32,000 nt of DNA from Candidatus Saccharimonadota bacterium. GTDB taxonomy: Bacteria; Patescibacteriota; Saccharimonadia; Saccharimonadales; Saccharimonadaceae. Location of the stretch: assembly GCA_002421785.1 (NCBI GenBank), contig DIRZ01000002.1:210001-242000 (forward strand), read 5' to 3'. Positions 15,367 to 22,443 of the stretch are shown one piece after another; position 1 is the stretch's first letter; the number at the start of each line of letters is the position of its first letter. Both the position numbers and the translations under genes were made by a program. The notes beneath the pieces were generated by a model. It saw nothing but the letters and a program-made list of their open reading frames with translations. It did no database searches and was not told the DNA's origin.

Positions 15367-16743
15367 ATGCATAACGCGTTATGGCAGAGTGTTTTAGGGG
15401 AAATTGAACTCTCTGTTTCGCATGGAAACTTCGAGACATGGTTCAAGAATACCGAGCTTATCAGTTACTCTGAAGACGAAGTTACTATCGGCGTTATCAA
15501 CGTCTTTACCCGCACACAGCTAGAAAAGAAATATAACGATCAAATAAAAGAAGTGTTGCGCAATAATGGAATCGAAGCAAAACGTATTCGGTATGAAGTT
15601 ATTACGAGTAAACGCAGTGTGATTAGCCGCGAAACAACAGGCCAGTCGCAGGTGGACGCGCGGGTCGAAGAACTCCTCGACAAGCCGACCACTCGTCGAC
15701 CTTCGAGCGCCACGAGCACAACACCGTCGACAACCCTCAATCCTCGCTACACCTTTGCTAGCTTTATTGTCGGTTCTAGCAATGACCTCGCCTATACCGC
15801 GTGCCAGGCCGTGGCAGCTAACCCCGGCGTAAAGTACAACCCTCTGTTTATTTACGGGGGTGTTGGCCTGGGTAAAACCCACTTATTACAGGCAGTAGGT
15901 AATGATATCATCGCCCGCAATCCGTCGGCTAAGGTCGCCTACATTAGTAGTGAAACGTTCGTCAAAGAATTCCTGGATAGTATCCGTTTCAAAAAGAACG
16001 GGTTTAGCGATCGCTACCGCAACGTCGACGTGCTAATTATTGACGACATGCAGTTCATCGCCGGCAAAGAAAAGACTCAGGAAGAGTTCTTCCACACCTT
16101 CAACGCACTTCACCAAGCAAACAAGCAGATTATTATCGGCAGCGACAAACCACCACGTAGTATCCCTACCCTTACCGAACGACTCCGTAGTCGTTTTGAG
16201 TGGGGCATGGCTATCGATATCCAAATGCCGGATTTCGAAACGAGGTGCGCCATCGTAGAAACAAAGGCCGCCCAGAGTGGCATTACACTGGAACGCGAAA
16301 CGGTTGAGTACCTTGCGAAAAACATCAAAACGAACATACGCGAGCTCGAAGGCGCACTCAACCAGCTGCTTGCCTACGCCGAGATGCGCGGTGTATCCCC
16401 TGACGTTTCAACTGCCGAAGGCTTGATTGGAAACGTGCGCCACAGTCGCCCACAGCACCTCACCCCTAAGCAGATTATCGACAAAACAGCCCGGCACTTC
16501 CAGATAGATAGCAAGGAAATTTGTGGCAGCAAGCGCGACAAACATATTGTCGTGCCTCGCCAAGTAGCCATGTACTTACTGCGTAGCGAGCTTCACCTTA
16601 GCTTCCCACGCATCGCCAATGAGCTAGGGCGCAAGGATCACACCACCGCTATCCATTCCGTTGAAAAGATTGAAAAGTCCATCAAGCTAGACTTTATGAT
16701 TCGCGAACAGGTTGCAGAAATACGGGAGAAGTTATATGCCTAG
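15367..16743 (+). CDS. dnaA: Chromosomal replication initiator protein DnaA
   Basis: The N-terminus reads 'LWQSVLGEIELSVSHGNFETWF'. AAA+ Walker A 'GGVGLGKTHLL' and Walker B 'VLIIDDMQF' are present. The C-terminal DNA-binding region reads 'VPRQVAMYLLRSEL..SFPRIANELGRKDHTTAIHSVEKI'. A GGAGGGA RBS is present. Confidence 0.98.
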   Translation: MHNALWQSVLGEIELSVSHGNFETWFKNTELISYSEDEVTIGVINVFTRTQLEKKYNDQIKEVLRNNGIEAKRIRYEVITSKRSVISRETTGQSQVDARVEELLDKPTTRRPSSATSTTPSTTLNPRYTFASFIVGSSNDLAYTACQAVAANPGVKYNPLFIYGGVGLGKTHLLQAVGNDIIARNPSAKVAYISSETFVKEFLDSIRFKKNGFSDRYRNVDVLIIDDMQFIAGKEKTQEEFFHTFNALHQANKQIIIGSDKPPRSIPTLTERLRSRFEWGMAIDIQMPDFETRCAIVETKAAQSGITLERETVEYLAKNIKTNIRELEGALNQLLAYAEMRGVSPDVSTAEGLIGNVRHSRPQHLTPKQIIDKTARHFQIDSKEICGSKRDKHIVVPRQVAMYLLRSELHLSFPRIANELGRKDHTTAIHSVEKIEKSIKLDFMIREQVAEIREKLYA

Positions 16744-17018
16744 TATGCTCGCTACCTGTGTACAATCTGTGAAAAACCTTGGGATGAGTCAGCGTATAAC
16801 CAGTGCATGGCAATCCACAGTAATCGTCGCTACTCTACCTAAAGCCACTATGCTGTGGGTAAAACACTTATTTATCGGTGCTCTATCCCCCATTTCATCC
16901 CCCCAGTATTCCACAGGAAATTTCGCCTTTCCACCCCTGATTGAACACTATTTGTACCCAGTTTCCACAGCCCCTATAACTAGTACCACGAATTAAAAAA
17001 GGAGAATAAATAATAATT
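16744..17018. other. Long dnaA-dnaN intergenic region with degenerate DnaA boxes and a terminal AT-rich tract (possible second oriC module/DUE)
   Basis: TGTGGGTAA at 16854-16862 has one mismatch. Three TCCACAG-containing sites lie near 16812, 16907 and 16961, each with two mismatches. The AT-rich tract 'gaattaaaaaaggagaataaataataatt' lies at 16990-17018. Confidence 0.45.
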
Positions 17019-18119
17019 ATGGAACTCTCAGTAACTCAAGAAAATCTGGCTCGTGCGCTCTCGGCAGTCAGTCGCGTGGCAAGTACCAAAGCAGGTTTAC
17101 CAATACTTGGCAACATCCTCTTGCGCACAGAAGGCAATCGACTTTTGGTCGCGGCAACCAACCTTGAAATCGCGTCAACCTACTACATTGGTGCAAAAAT
17201 CGTAAAACAAGGAGCAATCACCCTTCCCGCTCGCCTGGTTAGCGAATTTGTCAGTAGCCTTCCAAAGGGCACGGTAGAGTTATCGACAAAGGGCGCTCAT
17301 ATTACCCTGAGCTCGGGAACCTACCAATCGGTAATTAACGGCGTGGAAGCTGATGACTTCCCTGAGCTGCCATCAATCAACGAAGACGAAGCAGTAAAGT
17401 ATACCATTGCAACCGCTGACTTCAAGCAAGCACTGTCGCAAACAATTATCACGAGTAGTAGCGACTCTACCCGCCCCGTACTGACCGGCGTGTACTGGCA
17501 CTCGGTTGATGGTGCGCTGTACCTAGCAGCCACCGATGGCTACCGGTTGTCTGAGCGCCGGCTTGTCGAAAGCAAGAGCCAGATTGCTGCCATCGTACCG
17601 ACGTCGAGTCTTCAGGAGGTGCTGCGCACGCTCACCGATACCATCGACGAAGTTGAGGTGTTGTTTGACGACACCCAGGTACGATTCCGCGTAGGGGAAG
17701 CCGAGGTCACAAGTCGATTGATTGATGGCAACTACCCAGACTATCGCCAGTTGATTCCAAAAGAATCAGAAACGGTGATTACGCTGAACGCCAGCGAATT
17801 TACTCGAGTCGTTAAAATCGCAGGTTTGTTCGCCCGCGAGTCTGGCGGCAGTATTACCCTTACTGCAGACGCTGAAAAACAAGAACTCAGTATTCATTCC
17901 ATCGCTTCTGAACAGGGCGAGAATACGAGTAGCGCGCCGGCGACAATTACGAATGCTGGCCAAGTGACACTTAACTCACGCTACCTGAGCGAAGCACTTG
18001 GCGTGCTCGATGGTGACACGATTACGTTTCGATTTAGTGGCAAGTTATCACCTACCGTCCTGACGGCAAGCGAAAAAGCCCCCGACTACATGCATATCAT
18101 TATGCCATTAAAGAGTTAG
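17019..18119 (+). CDS. dnaN: DNA polymerase III beta sliding clamp
   Basis: The 366 aa protein begins 'LARALSAVSRVASTKAGLPILGNILL', contains 'TDGYRL' and ends 'MPLKS'. It sits between dnaA and recF. Confidence 0.96.
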   Translation: MELSVTQENLARALSAVSRVASTKAGLPILGNILLRTEGNRLLVAATNLEIASTYYIGAKIVKQGAITLPARLVSEFVSSLPKGTVELSTKGAHITLSSGTYQSVINGVEADDFPELPSINEDEAVKYTIATADFKQALSQTIITSSSDSTRPVLTGVYWHSVDGALYLAATDGYRLSERRLVESKSQIAAIVPTSSLQEVLRTLTDTIDEVEVLFDDTQVRFRVGEAEVTSRLIDGNYPDYRQLIPKESETVITLNASEFTRVVKIAGLFARESGGSITLTADAEKQELSIHSIASEQGENTSSAPATITNAGQVTLNSRYLSEALGVLDGDTITFRFSGKLSPTVLTASEKAPDYMHIIMPLKS

Positions 18120-18120
18120 T

Positions 18121-19170
18121 ATGCACGTCACAGCGCTTCACGTGCGGCAGTTTCGCAATCACAAAGAATACCGATGTCGGCTTGCCGCAACGGTTAATGT
18201 GATATACGGCAGCAACGGAAGTGGCAAGACCTCGCTCCTAGAGGCTGTATGCCTTGCCTATAAGGGTACGTCGTTTCGCGGTCACGATAAAGATATGGTT
18301 CACCGTGGAAGTGAATGGTATCGGGTATCGATGAGTGATACGTCGAATATCGACCGCGTGATTACGTTCGATAACAGGGGCGAACGAGCGCGCAAGCAGT
18401 GGACGGTTGATAGTAAGAACACCGCACGATTACCGCAGAAGTTCCGCTATCCGGTGATACTCTTCACTCCTGACGACCTCCGCCTGATTGACGGTTCACC
18501 AGCTCGTCGCCGTAAATATCTGGATGATATATTGTCGCAACTAAACCCTGCCTACCACACTGCTCTTCGCCGTTACGAGCGCGCGCTCGTGCAGCGCAAT
18601 CGGCTACTTAAAACACGTGACGTTAGCGGTGACCAGCTATTTCCCTGGAATGTTATTTTGAGCGAGTCGGGATCGATGGTAATCTCCACTCGTCGGCAGT
18701 TTGTGAAAACGGTAAATGACTCTATTACTCAAAAATACCAGCAGATTGCGGGTGTAGCGGACGAGGACGAAGTGTCTGTCGAGTATACCGCCAAGGATAC
18801 CTCAGCCCACGCTTTGCTATCGCATTACGAAGATTGTTTTGAGCGTGACAGATTGCAGGGGTACACGACAGCGGGTCCCCATAGGCACGATATTCAGGTG
18901 AGCCTGCGTGGTACGCCGGCAGAAAATCACGCTTCGCGCGGTGAAGTGCGAACAATTATTTTGGCTCTGAAGTATATTGAAGCAGATATGATTGCGGCTC
19001 AGTTTGGTACGTCGCCGCTTATATTGCTCGACGATGTGTTTGGTGAACTGGACAGTACGCGCCAGCAGCACCTTATTGAAACGTTTAATAATCAACAAAT
19101 TATCATTACCTCAACCCATCCGATTGAAGGCATAGATTTTGCTCATCAAATCCGCTTAGCGGAGGGATAG
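18121..19170 (+). CDS. recF: DNA replication and repair protein RecF
   Basis: 'LHVRQFRNH', Walker A 'GSNGSGKTSLLEAV', signature-like 'ASRGEVRTIILALK' and Walker B 'LILLDDVFGELD' are present. The gene starts 1 nt after the dnaN stop. Confidence 0.95.
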   Translation: MHVTALHVRQFRNHKEYRCRLAATVNVIYGSNGSGKTSLLEAVCLAYKGTSFRGHDKDMVHRGSEWYRVSMSDTSNIDRVITFDNRGERARKQWTVDSKNTARLPQKFRYPVILFTPDDLRLIDGSPARRRKYLDDILSQLNPAYHTALRRYERALVQRNRLLKTRDVSGDQLFPWNVILSESGSMVISTRRQFVKTVNDSITQKYQQIAGVADEDEVSVEYTAKDTSAHALLSHYEDCFERDRLQGYTTAGPHRHDIQVSLRGTPAENHASRGEVRTIILALKYIEADMIAAQFGTSPLILLDDVFGELDSTRQQHLIETFNNQQIIITSTHPIEGIDFAHQIRLAEG

Positions 19171-19785
19171 TTCGTTGACGCTCGTCAGGAGCTCACGAGA
19201 AACGGTCGGCGTGTTATCGATGGTGAGGACGATTCGAGGAGCCCCAACAACCTGCCACTGACTATTTACTTTGTGAAGAATGGCGCGGTAGTACCCCTCG
19301 GGATTGCTTGTATCCATGCCGACGGGCGTGAGGATAATACCCGCCCATTCGCCACGCTCAAATAGTGCGAGGTTGTTAACTTCGAATCCGTCGATAACGC
19401 GTGGGTATTTTTGTAGGAGCGCACCCTGTACTGCGCCAAGTTCGGTGGTTGCAAGCTCGCCAAGCTTATCTGTGGAATAGTCTGGTTTTACGGTTAACGC
19501 TATATCGCCCGCTACTACAAAGGGTATTTGAACGTTTGACACGCCATCCCCACTAGGAACGTAGTAGTAGGCTCCTTCTTTGAGGCGGATTGATGAGTCG
19601 TCCGGGGTAAGGGTCTTCAGGCTTGGCATTGCTTCGTCGCTATCTTCGCCAGAGTGAATACTTATGGATTCTACACTTTGGTCGAAAGTGAAGCTGGCGG
19701 TGCGATATGACAGGAGTTCTTGAGCGACAAAATACCCAACAGTCGCGAGAATAAGGATGATAATCGGGGCTATAAAACGTTTCAT
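19156..19785 (-). CDS. Bitopic membrane protein (N-terminal anchor + ~180 aa extracytoplasmic beta-rich domain), last gene of the T4SS-like operon
   Basis: The N-terminus 'MKRFIAPIIILILATVGYFVA' is a single hydrophobic helix. The ATG overlaps the upstream stop as ATGA. The 3' end overlaps the convergent recF 3' end by 15 nt. Confidence 0.7.
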   Translation of the reverse strand: MKRFIAPIIILILATVGYFVAQELLSYRTASFTFDQSVESISIHSGEDSDEAMPSLKTLTPDDSSIRLKEGAYYYVPSGDGVSNVQIPFVVAGDIALTVKPDYSTDKLGELATTELGAVQGALLQKYPRVIDGFEVNNLALFERGEWAGIILTPVGMDTSNPEGYYRAILHKVNSQWQVVGAPRIVLTIDNTPTVSRELLTSVNELSLR

Positions 19786-20405
19786 ACGAATGGATTGCTT
19801 TCATTGATGAAGTTTATTTTGTAATCAACCGGGTTGTACCCCCAGTTTGTGATTTGCGTTACTGCTTCTGTTCGATATACGGCCGGCGCGTCGATAGTGA
19901 CGATAATTGAGTCACCAGTAGGGTCGGCGGGATCGGCGCGATAACCAATAGTGAACAACATGTTTGTATAGGGTAGCTGTTTGGTAATCGGATTTTTTTC
20001 AATGAATGCAGCGCCATTTTCTTCGGCATTAATCCCGGCTACGACTTCAATTGCCGAGTATTCGCCAGTTATCTTATTGTAAAGCTCTGTCGCTTCGGCT
20101 GTTTCGGGCGTTAGCCCGGCGACGAGTGCGGTTTGTGTGCCATCGGTTCGCACATCCAGCTCACCGGTAATAGTGCGAAATCCAGTGTATGATACTCGGT
20201 AAGTATGTTTACCGGGCGTAAGTAGCACCTCTTTCTCCTTTGTGACTTTCCCGTTTATCTCTACGCGTGAACTTGCTGGTGCTACTGCCACGGTGATACG
20301 CTGTTTACCGCTATTTTGCACTTGTGTGTAAACGACATAGCCAATCATTGCTAGGACGATAACGAGAAATCCGATGATGCCGATACGAATGAGTTTACTT
20401 GTCAT
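19782..20405 (-). CDS. Bitopic membrane protein with a PEGA-like beta domain
   Basis: A transmembrane helix 'IRIGIIGFLVIVLAMIGYVVY' is followed by 'ITVAVAPASSRVEINGKV...LLTPGKHTYRVSYTGFRTITGELDV'. That segment follows the PEGA-domain pattern. Confidence 0.7.
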   Translation of the reverse strand: MTSKLIRIGIIGFLVIVLAMIGYVVYTQVQNSGKQRITVAVAPASSRVEINGKVTKEKEVLLTPGKHTYRVSYTGFRTITGELDVRTDGTQTALVAGLTPETAEATELYNKITGEYSAIEVVAGINAEENGAAFIEKNPITKQLPYTNMLFTIGYRADPADPTGDSIIVTIDAPAVYRTEAVTQITNWGYNPVDYKINFINESNPFV

Positions 20406-20416
20406 ATATTAACCAC

Positions 20417-22441
20417 TTAACCCTTCTTTCTATACCATGTTGTGTTGCTTGCGGTAATACTTTCGCTTCCCGCCATCGGTGCGCGCTGGCACAAGGAGGC
20501 GGATGCAATTTTACTACCAAACCCAGGAATGTCCCCTACATAAATGAATGTGTGACCGGGAAGCATGGCTACGTCACCGGGACGCAGAGTGCCGGTGTCA
20601 ATCACATTACCCCTTCCAAGATTCTCCCAATTATTATCAAGCCAAGCCTTTTGGGTTGGGGTTGGGCCACCTTTTCCACTGTGGTTGTATGTGGGGTCCC
20701 AGCCACTATCGGTGACGAGGCGCGTTACAAACCCGCCACAATCGGCACCATCATTTTCTACCGTTACTCCTTTTATCGAGCGGCAGTATGCGATTGTTGC
20801 ACCGACGTATTCGCCAAGTTTTTGTGCCTCTGCAACAGCCTTCACATACGCAGGCATTGACTTGGTATATGGTTTTTTATGATAGGTTGGCCACGCATAC
20901 GCAAGGGTTGTTGCGCTTAGGTCGCCGCCCGAGAAGGTTGTTTCGAAATCTCCGCAGCCACCAGTAGTCGGGTCGTTGTCGACACCCGTTCCAGATGGAT
21001 TCGCATCCTGGATTCCCTTCACAATACCATCAGTGTACTGCTGCAGCTGCTTTTCCGAGAGCTTCGTGCTGCCGTGTGCAAATTCGTTATATGACCAAGG
21101 AACGGTATCGGCAAACAGTGAGATGAGAGGAATATTGCCCTTTGAGAATATCCCGTCACGTCCAAATGATGCGGTTTGTTGGGTGCCACTGGCATCGTCA
21201 CCGACAGAGCGACCCTCTACTGCGGCGCGCGCTTTGATAATTGCCGCATTATATTTCGCACTCTTTTCGGCAGTTGCTGTGTTACTGAAGACTGCCTTCC
21301 GGTCACCGTACTGACGATACGCACCGACACGTTGCGCCCAACCCTGATTGACATCTTTATCTGAGTGGAGGCTTACGCCGAGGACTGCTTTGGCGGCAAT
21401 AGCAGCTTCGGCTTTGGTGCGAAACTTAATTTGCTGGGTGTTGGTGGTTCGGGAGAGGACGACAGTGTACCCAACCTTTTCAAGCTCTGTCTTTACGCGG
21501 TTGGCGACGATGAGCATTTGCTCGGTTTCTGGCGTGTTGTAGCTTTCCGATGTTTTCAAGCCTGTTTTCTCGTCGATGTACGGGCTAATCGCCCCACCAT
21601 GGCCTGGGTCAATGAACACGGTTCCCTTGCTGGTTGCAGAAATCGTTGACACGAGTGTCGATGTTTCTGTGCTTGGTGCTGTGGCGACTGGGGTGGTTGT
21701 GGTGGCGCCAGATTTCATCATTTCGTCATATATCTTTTGCCCAAACCCAGCACGTAATGCCGCGTGAGCATCACTCTGGTCGGCGGGTCGCTCAAAGCTA
21801 CGCAACCATATGTCGGAAGCCTGACGAATGGACGTTGCGTTGTTAATTGCTTGCCATTCTGTCATTCCCGCGGGGCCAACACCGCTTCGTACTTTTCTTG
21901 TGGTGCTTTCTTGGTAGAGGAAGTCGAGCTCAAATGCAAGAAACTTGTCATTTACGGTTACGTCAACTCCGTCTGGTACGTAGCCGTTCGATGATTTTGT
22001 CGCTTTACCATATTGGGGCACGTAGTACTGCGAGAATACATCAGACATGCCCTCTCTCATTTTGTCGACAATCTGCGTACGTCGACTCCCTGTCCACTGT
22101 ACAATGCCATAGCCTCCCGAGGGCCAGGACTGACTATCTTCTTGTCGGAAGGGGCTGAATCCGCTCTCGACCTGGATATTTCCCAAAATACCCGCTGCTT
22201 GCTGATTCGTGAGGCCTTTCCCGACGAGATAGTTCCACATTTTAGCTATATTACCGTCCCCGGTTACGGAAGTGCCGCTCGCGGACATCGTAAGGCACGA
22301 AACGGCGTTTTTGTCATAATACAGAATGTCATTTGACGAGTAAAAATCGAAATCAGTCTCTTCGGCAAAAGCAGGAGTTGCATTTGATACGACAAGAACA
22401 AGCACACTTACAGCTATAGCAAACCTTTTTATATGACGCAT
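20417..22441 (-). CDS. Secreted three-domain peptidoglycan hydrolase (phage-tail-lysozyme-like + Amidase_3-like + NlpC/P60-like)
   Basis: The signal peptide reads 'MRHIKRFAIAVSVLVLVVSNATPAFA'. 'AAGILGNIQVESGFSP...GYGIVQWTGSRR' is the lysozyme-like domain. After a Thr/Ser linker, 'VFIDPGHGG...VSLHSD' is the amidase_3-like domain. The C-terminal 'DCGGFVTRLV...GDVAMLPGHTFIYVG' has a Cys/His NlpC/P60-like arrangement. A GGGGGAGGGGG RBS is present. Confidence 0.85.
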   Translation of the reverse strand: MRHIKRFAIAVSVLVLVVSNATPAFAEETDFDFYSSNDILYYDKNAVSCLTMSASGTSVTGDGNIAKMWNYLVGKGLTNQQAAGILGNIQVESGFSPFRQEDSQSWPSGGYGIVQWTGSRRTQIVDKMREGMSDVFSQYYVPQYGKATKSSNGYVPDGVDVTVNDKFLAFELDFLYQESTTRKVRSGVGPAGMTEWQAINNATSIRQASDIWLRSFERPADQSDAHAALRAGFGQKIYDEMMKSGATTTTPVATAPSTETSTLVSTISATSKGTVFIDPGHGGAISPYIDEKTGLKTSESYNTPETEQMLIVANRVKTELEKVGYTVVLSRTTNTQQIKFRTKAEAAIAAKAVLGVSLHSDKDVNQGWAQRVGAYRQYGDRKAVFSNTATAEKSAKYNAAIIKARAAVEGRSVGDDASGTQQTASFGRDGIFSKGNIPLISLFADTVPWSYNEFAHGSTKLSEKQLQQYTDGIVKGIQDANPSGTGVDNDPTTGGCGDFETTFSGGDLSATTLAYAWPTYHKKPYTKSMPAYVKAVAEAQKLGEYVGATIAYCRSIKGVTVENDGADCGGFVTRLVTDSGWDPTYNHSGKGGPTPTQKAWLDNNWENLGRGNVIDTGTLRPGDVAMLPGHTFIYVGDIPGFGSKIASASLCQRAPMAGSESITASNTTWYRKKG

Positions 22442-22443
22442 AA

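Noticed and set aside
15048-15439. Three short ORFs (15048-15242, 15068-15259 and 15161-15439) in the rpmH-dnaA region.
   Set aside because: They overlap rpmH, the DnaA-box cluster and the dnaA start. The real small gene here is rpmH on the minus strand.
16712-16996. A 94 aa ORF spanning the dnaA 3' end and the dnaA-dnaN spacer.
   Set aside because: It overlaps the dnaA coding end, has no RBS and gives an odd composition. The region is better explained as an origin or regulatory spacer with DnaA-box-like sites.
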